A stretch of DNA of 64,000 nt from Malacoraja senta (taxonomy: Eukaryota), in NCBI GenBank assembly GCA_038087875.1, contig CM075998.1, positions 2,544,001 to 2,608,000 of the forward strand, given 5' to 3'. Of the stretch, positions 37,511 through 50,215 are shown one piece after another (the first letter of the stretch is position 1; every line of letters begins with the position of its first letter). Made by a program: the position numbers and the translations under genes. The notes beneath the pieces were generated by a model that saw only the letters and a list, made by a program, of their open reading frames with translations, had not been told where the DNA came from and made no database searches.

Positions 37511-40500
37511 TGAAAAATCCAAGGCCCTAAGAAGACGCAAGGGAATGGGAATGAGTTGAATCTCTTCCCAATTAAGTGGTATTTGTGTGATAGGTCGATC
37601 GCCCTCGGGATTCTGAGGGAATATTGTCCTGTTTGCTCAACGTGGATTAATTGTTTCATTACAGACAGACACACAGTACTAGAGTAACTCAGTGGGTCGG
37701 GCAGCATCTCTGGAGAACAAGGATGGGTGACGTTTCGGGTCGGGATCTTTCTTCAGACTGCAAAATTGTGGCATTTAATCTACTTTGAGCATTATGAGGA
37801 TTCTCATCACTAGAGGTCGCCAATGCACCACGATTAGCTTGGTGTGAGTTAAAGTGGCAGCTCGTTCTATTAAATCTTTCCCCTCTCACCTTAAACCTAT
37901 GCCCTCTGGTTCGCCCTATCTATTCCCCTCGTGATTTTATAAACCTCCACAAGATCCCCCCACCCCCCAATCTCCTGCGCTCCAAGGAATACAATCCTAG
38001 CCTGTCCAACCTATAGCTCAGACCCTCAAGTCCTGGTAACATCCTTGTAAATCTTCTCTGCAGTCTTTCCAGCTTAATAACATTTCCTTTTATCACATTT
38101 AAAAAAAACTTATCTGAGATTGATGATTTTATACTACATGTTCTACATTATCTGTCAATAGTTTTTCTGTATTTGGTTTTATGGAAGATTAGCTTTAACT
38201 TTCCCTGTTTGAGTGTTACAAAACACACGGTCATATTAAATCTTTCCTGTGGGTGGTGCCATTGTACCGCCCTGAGCAGCAGCACACGGTTTTAGCTCAA
38301 CGATACACCAATTTACTTTGCAGGGAGAACCCGGTTGCCGATTATATTCATGAAAATACAAGCTCTCTCTGAGGTCCACAACACTGTCCCACAACAGCAT
38401 TCCACTAGGTCCCTTCTTGGAGTCCGGTGACAGACCACCAACTTCAGTAAATTTGTCCCAGGTTAAACCTGACTCGGATTTAAGGACACCATTCGTTCTG
38501 ATGGTGAGGAAGAGAAAGAGAGTGTTTATTGTTACATGTCCCAAAACGGAACAATTAAACAAAATGCTGGAGTAACTCAGCGGGACAGGCAGCATTTCTG
38601 GAGAGAAGGAATGGGTGACGCTTCATCCTGGGTTTAGTTTAGAGATACAGCATGGAAACAGGCCTTTCGGCCACCGAGCCCGCGCCGACCATCGATCACC
38701 ACACACTGACGCTATCCTACACACTGGGGACAATTTACAATTTAATTTACAATTTAACCAAAGCCAATTAACCTGTAAACCTGTACGTCTTTGGAGTGTG
38801 AGAGGAAACCGGAGCACCCGCAGAAAACCCACGCAGGACACGGGGAGAACGTACAAACTCCGTACCCGTAAGTCAGGATTGAACCCGGGTCTCTAGCGCT
38901 GTAACTGTGCCGAGTTCTCCAGTCCCCAGTGGAGTGCGGTGCCGTGACGGTAGTCCTCTCTTTACCCATCATCGGTGCTTTTCTTGTACCAGTCGCGTAT
39001 CAATTAAAAATTAAGCTATATTTATCCACAGATTTTCTCCATCAATAAATCCTCCATTCTGTTTTGATTTTGTGACCAACCAATTTCTAATTGACTGATT
39101 TAAAATTGAAGAGCATAAAAAATAAAGTTCTAAACATTTTAAAATCTGTTTTCTATCCTTTTACCTGTATGTATCGCCCGTCACAACAAAAGCACTGCCC
39201 ATCGTGATTAACTCTTGGCTGAGTTATATTGTATTGATATTACATTGATCATGATCAGATTATATTGATCATGCTTTCAATAGGATTTAGCACACACCAA
39301 TTAGCTTTCAATTCTCTTCTCAAAACAGACGTGTGACTCTTTGGACAGCAAAGTACAGAAACCATTAATGGATGCTGATTAGTATACCTCAGTTATTGTT
39401 AGTTTTATTATTAGGTGCTCTTTGGGGAGAGCTGAATGTTAATCTATGTCCTGATGTTTAAACGCATTCACAAACTGAGATGGACGACTCAGCCTTTTTC
39501 CAGTGGGACCATTAAACCCTTCCAAATGTTCCCAATGTGAACTGGTGAGGTGTATTTTCCACCTGGTATTGCCTGACCTTAGGAATAATCTTTCTTTCAC
39601 AAGCTGCAGCAAGGCCAAACTGCAGCAGGTAGGGGAATTCTTTCAATGATCATCCTAAATTAATAGAAGTCTTTTGCTGTGCGAGGGGCCCTGTGCAACC
39701 CTTGAACTAAAATCACCTTCACTGCCATAGAGTCATACACCGTGAAAACAGGCCCTTTGGCCCAACTTGCCCACACTGACCAACATGTCCCATCTGCACT
39801 AGTCCCACTTGCCTGTGTTTGGTCCATACCCCTCTTAACCTATCCGATCCATGAACCTGCCTAAATGTTTCTTAAGCGTTGTGATAGCCACTGTGCCGCC
39901 CATCCTTCTTCACACTGCTTCAGCCAATGTGAAGAAGGGTCCCAACCCAAAACGTTGCCTGTCCATTTCCCTCCATAGATGCTGCCTGACCTGCTGAGTT
40001 CCTCTGGGATAGGTTTCCAATCTCGGGTCTCAGAGTCCTTGCATCACCTGGTTTCATTGAGACCTTTTGAGTGCTTTTTCCAAAAGCCACTGCCAATGTT
40101 CCCTTTCATTGTTTGATTTAGGTACAAGAGTCAAGAGTGTTTAATTGTCAAATATACCAAAACAGAACAATGAAGTTATTGCTTGCAGCAGCATAACAGG
40201 TTTGTTTGCACAGTATTCAATAGGTATTCAATAAAGCAAACAAAAAAGTTCAATAAATTAAAAAAGAAGTCCCTAGTGCAACAAAGAAAGTTTGAAGTTC
40301 AAAGTTTAGTTGCTGTTTGTCGTGTGATGGTTGTTGGGAAGAAGCTCAAAGTAAGGCATTGGTGGGTAAATGGTTGCATACATGCTTCTGAATTAGAAGT
40401 GTGTGTGTGTATTTGTGTTCAAAACCCATTCAGGTGGCCTGATTGTATAACTGAGATAGACTGTGTCCAGTGTCGTTCTGTGGGTGTGCTTAACTGGAGC

Positions 40501-41295
40501 TTCTACAATTTGGATGACCCCTACATCCCAAGACTGAACAATAAAACCTTGCCTCTTCCTCTGCATGCACAATGTTGGTCAAAACTTTGAAGGAACGCAG
40601 GAGAAATGTCCCCGCTCTGCTTATCCCTCATTGTAGCATCCGTGCCTGTTTCAGTGCTGTTCACAAGTTCACAGGTTACAGGAGTAGAATTTGGCCATTC
40701 AGCCCATCGAGTCTACGCTGCCATTCAATCACGGCTGATCTCTGCCTCCTAATCCCATTTTCCTGCCTTCTCCCCATAACCCTTATCACCCGTTCTAATC
40801 AAGAATTTGTCTATCTCTGCCTTAAAAATATCCACTGACTTGACCTCCACAGCCCTCTGTGGCAATGAATTCCACAGATTAACTAACCTCTGACTAAAGA
40901 ATGGGGCCCAAAAAAACATGTTGCTGTCTGGCCCTCCAGAATGCCTCTGCATCTTAGCCATGTATTTGTAATTAGGCACACTAATGCTGAATTATGAGGT
41001 AACAAGGCTAGCTGATAATATCAGAACACAAGACCTTGCGAGCTCTCCATTTGTACCGATCACCATGGGAATATATGATCAAAATGTTCCAAGTAATTTT
41101 ATGAATGTTTGGAATGACATGGATGAATGAAAGATTTAAAATGCAAATATGCCCACGGTGTGAAAAGCACTATAGAAATACAAGTCTCCAACCTGGAGTT
41201 TGCCCATTAAAAAAACCCCATTTCTTTGAAGTGTTGGCAAGGGCTGATTTGTGAATAAAATCTCCAATAAGTAAAGCAATTCACTAAATATCACC

Positions 41296-41301
41296 TTTAT
41301 T
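41296..41301 (-). terminator. Candidate polyadenylation signal (AATAAA) of NPFF
   Basis: tttatt on the + strand, about 155 nt downstream of the NPFF stop codon. Confidence 0.45.
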
Positions 41302-41455
41302 TAACAGTTCATTAAGACAGGTATATGTATCACAAGTGAACAAATTTCTAGAAGCACAATATTTGGAGGTGTTTAATTGACAAATAGTTTCTAAGTCGAG
41401 TTGAGCCATTGCGGAAGAATGCTCACTCTCTTGTTTTTACGGACGCCCAGTTCCA

Positions 41456-44400
41456 TTATTTCTTCTTTCCAAACCGTTGTGGCATGGTCATGCTCCAGAT
41501 CTGTGACGGGATCATTTCCCAGTCCCGGTAGTGTATCTGAGGCTCAGTGCCAGAGTCTAAGCTTCTTTGAGCTGCACGCCCAAACCTAAACCAACATATC
41601 AAGACAGACAAAAATCAATATAAGGACAACAAGATCAAAAGTGATCAACTGCAGATGCTGCAACCATATAACCATATAACAATTACAGCATGGAAACAGG
41701 CCATCTCGGCCCTTCTAGTCCGTGCCGAACACTTACTCTCACTTAGTCCCATCTACCTGCACTCAGACCATAACCCTCCATTCCTTTCCCGTCCATATAC
41801 CTATCCAATTTATTTTTAAATGATAAAATCGAACCTGCCTCCACCACTTCCACTGGAAGCTCATTCCACACAGCTACTACTCTCTGAGTAAAGAAGTTCC
41901 CCCTCATGTTACCCCTAAACTTTTGTCCCTTAATTCTCAAATCATGTCCTCTTGTTTGAATCTTCCCTACTCTCAATGGAAAAAGCTTATCCACGTCAAC
42001 TCTGTCTATCCCTCTCATAATTTTAAAGACCTCTATCAAGTCCCCCCTTAACCTTCTGCGCTCCAAAGAATAAAGACCTATCTTGTTCAACCTTGAGCAA
42101 AGCACAAAGTGCTGGAGTAACTCAGTGGGTCAGGCAGCATCTGTGGAGGACATGGATAGGTGATGTTTCGGGTCACGATCCTCCTCCTTTGGGATGTGGG
42201 AGGAAACCAGAACACTCAGGGGGGGGAAGACCATGTGGTCACAGGGAGAACATGCAAACTCCACACACACACACAGCGCCAGAGGTCAGCGATGAACCAG
42301 GTTGTCTGGAACTTTGAGGCAGCAGCTCCACCAGTTGCGCCACCATTCTATGACTCTCTAATTCATTGTGTCTCTAATCCAGGTGGCTTTCTGGTAAACC
42401 TCCTCTGCACCCTCTCCAAAGCCGTCACATCCTTCCTGTAATGGGGCGACCAGAACTGCACGCAATACTCTGAATGTGGCCTAACCAGCATTCTGAACAA
42501 CCTCTCACAGTAGGTGGTGAATCTCTGGAATTCTTTACCCCTTAAGGTTGTGGAGACTGAAGTGGTTACATTTCTGGAAGATTGGGGATTTGACGGCTCT
42601 GGGGAAGTGGCACAGAGGAGGAAATGAGACCTGGGACACATCAGCCATGATCATATTGAATGACGGGGCAGGCTTGAGACCTACCCCTGCTTCTAGTTCC
42701 TTACTGAAAAAGGGTCCCGACCCGAAACGTCACGTATACATTTTCTCCAGAGATGCCTGACCCGCTGAGTTACTCCAGCATTTGGTGTCTATCCTATTTC
42801 CTTACATTCCTTGTGGATTTTTACATCATGGATACCAGCTTTTTATTCCAACTTAATTTAATTATTTAAATTTTCTAATTTTCCATGGCCCAGCACTCCT
42901 GGACTGTATCTTAATTATTTTTCTCCCCTTCTGCAAGGCAAATTTAATAATCCAGTTGTCAAAGGGCTGTTTTAAGGAGAGCGATGTTTAGTTGGTTTGA
43001 AGTCTGAAGAAGGGTTTCGACCCTAAATGTCACCCATTTCTTCTCACCAGAGATGCTGCCTGTCCAGCTGAGTTACTCCAGATTTTTGTATCTATCTTTA
43101 GTTTAGTTTAGAGATACAGTGCGGAAACAGGCCACCGAGTCTGCGCCAACCAGCGATCCCTGTACACTAGTACTATCCTATACACATTAGGGACAAATTA
43201 CAATTTTACCGAAGCCAATTAACCTACAAACATGTACGTCTTTGCAGTGGTGAAAGCATCGCGTTACTGAGGTAATTTAGAAACAAACCAACACAGACGC
43301 AGGGCAAACCTACCTTTGTGGCTCGAATACAAAGGAAGGGTTTCTTCCCGCCTTCTCTGGGACATGGATTATGGAGTTCAGCAGCGCGTTGAGTGTGTGA
43401 TCACTGCCCAGCCTCTTTATACTGTAGCCATCGCCATTCTGCAGATAGTCAGATCCAAGCAATTAGTCAGCCTCTCAGACCAGGACAATATACTGTACTC
43501 TTTACCTTCATTTGCAAAGGGTTTTGGAGCGCAAGAGAAGGATTGAGATGCAGAGACATAACAAAAATAATTAGAATTTGTGCATCTTCTTTGGTTCCTT
43601 CCAGAGCATCAGCCACATAATTTTCCAAATTGACTTTGAACTTAGTTCCAACTTAACAGGACTGATTAAATTGTAATAGATCCAGATGAACAGTGCATTT
43701 TGATTGTAGACCAAAGTGCTGGAGAAACTCAGCGGGTGCAGCAGCATCTAGATGCTGCTGCACCCGCTGAGTTTCTCCAGCACTTTTGTCTACCTTCGAT
43801 TTTCCAGCATCTGCAGTTCCTTCTTAAGTGCATTTTGATTGATTGATTGAAAGATACAGCATGGAAACAGGCCCTTCGGCCCACTGAGTCCTCGCCGACC
43901 GTTGATCACCTGTCCACACTAGTTCTCTGCTTTTCCCACATTCTCATCCGCTCCCTACAGGTGAGGAGAGGTTTACAGAGGGCCAATTAACCTACAGGCC
44001 CGCACGTCTTTGAGCCATGGGAGGAAACCCATGCGGTCAAAGGGAGTACGTGCAAATTCCACACAGACAGCACCCGATGTCAGGATCTCGAGATGTGAGG
44101 CAGTGGGTCTACCAGCTGCGCCACTGTGGAGCTAGTTCTGGATGCACATACGTTCTTACTAACTTGCAGCTGTTACAAAAGTCTTTGAACGTTGAATGCA
44201 GCTAGTTAACGTGCAAACAACTCAAGAAATGCTTCTCCAATGCTTAATGTCTCTGATTTTCGAACTTAATGACAGATGTTTGCAATGTGTGCCTGTACTT
44301 AAGAATGTCATGGGGAATGGAATGTGCATCTAATACAGTGTGGCTGTCTGGAATATACCGCAAACACAATAGTCCTGGACATTGTTGTATTTGTTATCGT

Positions 44401-45760
44401 GTGGACACCTTGCCAACTCTATAAAGACACACAGACATGCTTCTGCTTTCAACATCTGTATTTATAACATTTTATGTCAATGTCCTGACCGTTGTGCAAT
44501 GTAGACATTAGAACACAGCTTTGAAGTATATTTTAAAGCTACAATCTGCATCTTCTGTGACCCGGCAACTATTGCAGAATATAAGCCAGAAAGTCTCAGT
44601 GTCTGTTACTGCTTTATTAATTTTCCTCAAAGACAGCAACATATAAAATTATAGAATTATTGCAGCGCAGAAAAAAGACCATTCAGCCCAGAGAACCCAT
44701 GCTAGCTCCTTGTGGACGAACGCAATCCGTTTGATTTGCCACTACCCGTATCCCTGCAAAGTCCTTCCCCTCCAGGCAGTGATTTCCAGTTTATAACCAG
44801 TGGATGCATAATTCTTTCTTTCCTCACATTCCCAGTATTTCTATGCCCTACTCTTTATTCTGCATCCCCAAGTCCTTGAATTGTACACAAATGGGAACTC
44901 CATTCATTTCCCCTGTCTCTTAGGACGGCTCGGTGGTGCAGCTGGTAGAGCTGCTGCCTCACATCGCCAGAGAACTGGGTTCGATCGCAAGTGCTGGAGT
45001 AACTTAGCAGGTCAGGCAGCGTCTCTGGAGAACACGGATGGGTGACGCTTTGGGTCGGGAACCTTCGTCAATCCGAAGAAGAGTTCCTGACCTGAAACAT
45101 CGTCTGTCCATTCTCTCCAGAGGAGCCGCCTGATCTGCTGAATTTCTTTGTATCTTTTGTACCTTTTTTCCCCCCCAACTAATAATTGTTCGTTCCCAAG
45201 CCTTGGAAGATTATTTATGGGTGCTCAGCAGAATCCATTGCCGTTAAAAGCGTTGAAAGTTATCTGAACCCACAGGCATTTGTTAACAACCAAAGCAAAA
45301 TCCTGCAGATGCTGGAAATCTGAAATAAAAACTGTACGCTTGGAATTCACAATTCAAATGGAGAGAGAAACAGTTCACATTTCAAGGCAGAACTGATTAA
45401 ATCAAAATGCTGGAAGCAGTTCACAGGTTCGATTGTGACAGATTTCCCTCCCCACAAATACTGAGTATTTCCAGCATTTCTGGTTTTAATTTCAGATTTC
45501 CAGCATCTGCAATTTATTTGTTTTTTTACCCAAAGTTAACTCTGTTTCTGAGTGTTCACAGCATTTGCAGTTTAAATGGAGGATTTAAAAAAAAATACTT
45601 CTGAAGGGGTTCTTACCACTGCAGTTTGAGTTCTTGCAGGGGGACTTACCTCATGATCTGCCTGATAGATAGACCTGAACTCTCCCTCTTTAGAGCACGC
45701 AGCCATTCTGAAGTAACTGACTGCCGAGCAAAAGACGAGGAGAAATAACTTGCTGTCCAT
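41456..45760 (-). CDS. NPFF: Pro-neuropeptide FF (PQRFamide precursor), 121 aa, 3 coding exons
   Basis: Exon 1 at 45760-45650 encodes [37 protein letters not shown] (signal peptide; donor GTAAGT). Exon 2 at 43438-43314 encodes [42 protein letters not shown] (phase 2). Exon 3 at 41585-41456 encodes [42 protein letters not shown] then stop. There are two PQRF-G-basic amidation sites and an intron splitting PQR|F as in NPFF genes. The gene is convergent with TARBP2, as in human. Confidence 0.93.
41663..42092 (-). mobile_element. Young CR1-type LINE 3' fragment in NPFF intron 2
   Basis: Uninterrupted minus-strand [34 protein letters not shown]...[14 protein letters not shown] (CR1 ORF2 C-terminus), with a (ccatataa)n tail. 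Confidence 0.85.
43706..43826. repeat. Penelope-derived fold-back insertion containing a perfect 74-bp palindrome, with 14-bp TSD
   Basis: Arms 43713-43749 and 43750-43786 are exact reverse complements. The flanking direct repeat agtgcattttgatt is at 43692-43705 and 43827-43840. Confidence 0.85.
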
Positions 45761-48700
45761 CGCTCAGGGCACTCTGATGGTAGGAGGCAGAAACCAGCAG
45801 CGATCCTGGGATCCAAATGCATAAACAACTTCTAGCTGCCTTTTTAAACCATTTTCTTGAATTCTTCAGGGGGAAATACATGCATCCATAGGTTGGGGAA
45901 GAGGGGGTAATAAAAAGAAGTGTGTTTAATACAACAAAGCTTCTTTAAGTGTTAAGAAGAGGAATTTAAAAGCCATAATGGGTTATGCTATTGTAAAATT
46001 GCTATCATTAAGTGATTAAAAAGAATAATTGGTGTACGGGGAGTACTGTTAGGATTGGTGGGCACTTCTGACTCACATTTCCATATGGTACAGAATGCAT
46101 TTGGTGTGTAATTAGTAGAATAAATCTCAAAGTGGTCCCCAAGGCTGAAGGACCCACTAGTGCCTCCGATTAAAAGTAAATAATAAAACTCTGACCATTT
46201 TTTATTGTCAGCAACTCAGAATTATGTGTTGTGTTGAGCCACAGAATAAAATGAATACTGTCTGTGGAATTCTCTGCCTCAGAGGGCGGTGGAGGCAGGT
46301 TCTCTGGATGCTTTCAAGAGAGAGGTAGATATGGCTCTTAAAGATAGCGGAGTCAGGGGATATGGGGAGAAGGCAGGAACGGGGTACTGATTGGGGATGA
46401 TCAGCCATGATCACATTGAATGGCGGTGCTGGCTCGAAGGGCGAAATGGCCTACTCCTGCACCTATTGTCTATTGTCCATTTTCTATTGTTGCAGCTTCC
46501 GGATAATAACCCATAAATTAAAAGTCAAGATCAAATGAAGAGTGTTTAATTATCATATGCAAAAGGAACGGAACAATGAAATTCTTACTTGCTGCCGCTT
46601 TATGGTTACATTAACGCAACAAATCAATTGTCATATGTACCGACCATGGAACAATGAAATTCTTAGATAGACACAGGAGTAACTCAGCGGGACAGGCAGG
46701 ATCTCTGGAGGGAAGAAATGGGGGACGTTTCGGATCGAGACGCTAATGAAATTTTTCTTGCAAGCGCATAACTGGCCTATAAACATATGGAAAACATATA
46801 ATAACCAAAAGATTCAATAAAATAATACCTCAATACTAGTGCAAAATAGCCCAAAGTTCTTAGTGCAACCAAAGACAGTCCATAATTCATAGTTGAGGTT
46901 ATTGTTGAGTAGTGTTTAAAACCTTGATGGCTGGACATTACAGTTTTTAGTTACCATAATAGGTATAGGCCATCCTATATCTTCTTCCCGATGGCAGGAG
47001 TGAAATGAGAGCGTGGCCAGGGTGGTGTGGGTCTCTGATGATGCTGGCTGCCTTTTTGAGTCAGCAACTCTTGCAGATCCCTTCGATGGTGGGGAGGTCA
47101 GTACCCGTGAAGGACCGGGCAGTGTTCACCTTTGTTCCTGGCCATTCAGGTTGCCGAACAAGGCCGTGATGCAACCAATCAGTGTGCTCTCTATTGTACA
47201 CCTCTGGAAGTGCAAGAGAGTATTTGTCGATATACCTAATCTCAATTTTCTAAGGAATCGGAGGTGTTGATATTATAATAAATCATCAGTAAGATGAGAT
47301 CACCAGACCACAATAGTTCAAACTGAGGAATGCTGTACAACCTAAACAATGTCTATAGTAGGTCAGAGCTGAAGTAGGGTTATGGTACTGGGTGGTTCAA
47401 GTACCTGATGGTTGATGAGGATAAGCTGTTCTTGAACCTGGAGATATTGATTCACAGGCTCCTGTACCTTCTTCCCGATGGTAGCAGCGAGATGACAGTC
47501 TGGCCAGGATGGTGTGGGTCTGATGTTACGAGCTGCCTTCTTGAATTCCACTGTGGAAACTGAAGAATTTAAATATTGTTTAATTAAATAAGTCAGGAGT
47601 AAAATACACTAGCATCAGTAATGGTGACTGTGTGACCTGTGGATTGTCAAAAACCTCACCGCCAGTCAAGCAAGGTCTTGGTGCTTGTTTGAAAGTTCTG
47701 GGAGTGAGGTGTTCTGCCAAGTGACATTCTCCTCAGAGACACACCCAACTGGATCCATAAGATCATAAGTGATAGGAGCAGAATTAGGCCATTTGGCCCA
47801 TCAAGTCCCCTCCATCATTCAATCACGGCTGTTCTATCTCTGCCTCCTAACCGCATTTTCCTGCCTTCTCCCCATAAACTCTGCCACCTATAGAGCCTCA
47901 CGATCTTTCTGCCCGAACCTATACTGAATTATTAAGTATGGGCATAAGGGGACGAAGTCTTGCCACAAAGTTCAGCACACAATGAATTAAGGGATAGGTG
48001 GGGGAGGAGAAACTTGTACCCAGGGTCCTGGAGAGTGTTGTGGAACAGGGAGACCCCGGGATACAAGTGCTTGATTCCCTGAAAGTGGCGATGCAGGGTG
48101 ATGAACAAGTTGTTTAGCACGTTTGCCTTCATTGTTCAGGTCACTGAGTACAAGATTTGAGACATCATGTTACAGTTGACAGTAAATGCAGTGAGTGGAG
48201 TATATTTGGGCATCAATCCAATCTTAGTTACTAACAGCGTTCTAGCTACTAGATTTGATTAATAGGTTTAATTGACCTAATCATCATCATTCCAGGTAGC
48301 TTTCATGTTCAACCAAAGTGAAAATAGATCCTGCAGAAAACCCAGGATCCCAATCAAAATTTGCGAAGTGGCTTCCTCATGCCAGCTCAGTGATGGTGGG
48401 TGCTGCACTTCCAGTTGCAAATGTCCATGTTTCCTGCTGGTCATCTGAGGAGGCAATTTAAGAGCTAATTAATGGAATTGAGCACCAAACTCACGGGCAA
48501 TTGGGCTCACGTGCATGTGGATTAATGTCAAGAATATTTCCTGCTGCACTCTCAGTATGATTACTTGTTTTGACTCATAGTTCAGTTAATTTCCAGTGCA
48601 AAATAAATCACGACTTCTGCAATCCCCAGACATTGGAACTGTACTTAGCAAGAGCAGAATTCAGTTTCGTGCATGCAACACCATCTATATTGATGGTTTT

Positions 48701-49494
48701 TGAATCATTGAGTTTGTAAATTGTAATTTAAACTTTACAATGACTTACCAGATTTCTCCTCAGTGATAGCATTAACTCCATTTTGGCATCTCTGTAATTC
48801 ATGGTGCCCTTATTTCACAGTATGTTGCCTCGTATACAATAAAAAAATATTTGCTGCTTTATTCAAAACTCTAAATGTAAATCAAAAATAAATATTTTGA
48901 TGCCTGTTCAGACTTTGTAATCCGCAATTTGAGATGATGGTGGTTTTTGCCTTCAACTACTGTTAAAACGCAAAGTACTTGTGCCAGAACACACAAACAG
49001 TTGCTTTTGAACAAAAGATTGAAATGGAGACCCATGTTGTATGAAGAAGAGTCTCGACCCAAAAAGTCACCCATGAGTTTGAAGAAGGGTCTCAACCCAA
49101 AACGTCACCCATTCCTTCTCTCCAGAGATGGTGCCTGACCCCTTGAGTTACTCCAGCATTTTGTGTCTATCTCCCGTGTTGTATCATTTAAAAATATATA
49201 TATATATACTTTTTGGTGAAGGGTCTCGACCTGAAACATCACCCATTCCTTCTATCCAGAGATGCTGCCTGACCCGCTGAGTTACTCCAGCATTTACTCC
49301 AGCATTTTCTGTCTATCTTGGATTTAAACCAGCATCTGCAGTTCCTTCCTACACATATATTGTACATATATATATCTGAGATGATTCAGGATGATTTATT
49401 TTGAAACATATGAATCCTCCAGGCCTGAGTGTGTCGCTGTAGGAGAGGATGGGAGGTGGTTGTCAGACTAAGAGGCCATCTGGGCATCCACTCC

Positions 49495-49646
49495 TTGTTG
49501 GCAGTTGCTATGGCATTGTGAGACCGAGCGGTTGCTAGGTTACGCGCGACACCGGGAGCGGAGAAAGGAAGAGAAAGAAATAGGGGAAAAAAGGCGAAAG
49601 AGCCTGGTGCTTCAGAAGCAACGAAAGAAGAAGAGAGACGGGGAAG
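49495..49646 (+). promoter_or_regulatory. CCDC65 promoter with tandem RFX X-boxes and a probable non-coding first exon
   Basis: X-box-like gttgctatggcat (49504-49516) and gttgctaggttac (49531-49543) lie in a small CpG-rich patch. The donor aag|gtgagg at 49647 can splice to the acceptor at 51796, 11 nt before the ATG. Confidence 0.7.
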
Positions 49647-50187
49647 GTGAGGAAGGGCGAGGGATAGGCCGGCGGCTCCCCATGGAATACAGGCCACCCC
49701 CTGTAATGGAGACCCATGTTCAATGTTGGCCTCCAGCCTGGGCGGTGGGACACACTTCCATTCCCGCAGCCTCTTTCCTCTCAGCCCATCCCCAAGTGTT
49801 TCCCAGTGAATGAGGTGTCCGGTGCCAGCACTCTTATGGCGAGTGGGGGGGGGGGGGGGGGCAAGCTAATCGGCTGCACAGCAAGATCCCACAAACTGGA
49901 AGGAACTGCAGATGCTGGTTTACATTGAAGATAGACACAAAGTGCTGGAGTAACTCAGCAGGACAGGCAGCATCTCTGGAAAACATGGCGTTTCGGGTGG
50001 AGACCCTTCTTCAGACTTCAGGCTCCCAGTCACCTTAATGCTTTCTGAAACTGACTCACGATTGAAACTGTGTAGACAGCTTCTGTTAATGTTTCATAAA
50101 TGTTCGTCGCTGCTGCCTTGCTCCTGTAATCTATGCTTCTATTATAAACCCCGGAGATTCCAACTTTCTCCCCCACGCACAATCAGT

Positions 50188-50215
50188 CTGAGGAAGGGTC
50201 CCAACCCGAAACGTC
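50188..50215 (+). ncRNA. Minimal type I hammerhead ribozyme motif within a Penelope-derived repeat (representative copy)
   Basis: CUGAGGA-A-GGGU(CCCA)ACCC-GAAA-CGUC. All core nucleotides are present, with a palindromic ACGU stem III and a GUC cleavage triplet. Stem I is weak and activity is not demonstrated. Confidence 0.6.

Noticed and set aside
38236..38595. 119-aa minus-strand ORF between TARBP2 and NPFF
   Set aside because: It starts inside a repeat, and no recognisable homology or convincing exon chain was found.
43506..43550. Possible extra small NPFF exon (minus-strand donor-like gaag|gtaaag)
   Set aside because: There is no nearby AG acceptor, and exons 1 and 2 already join in phase 0.
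49505..49813. 102-aa lysine/arginine-rich ORF
   Set aside because: Low-complexity translation of the purine-rich CCDC65 promoter and leader; it runs through a splice donor.
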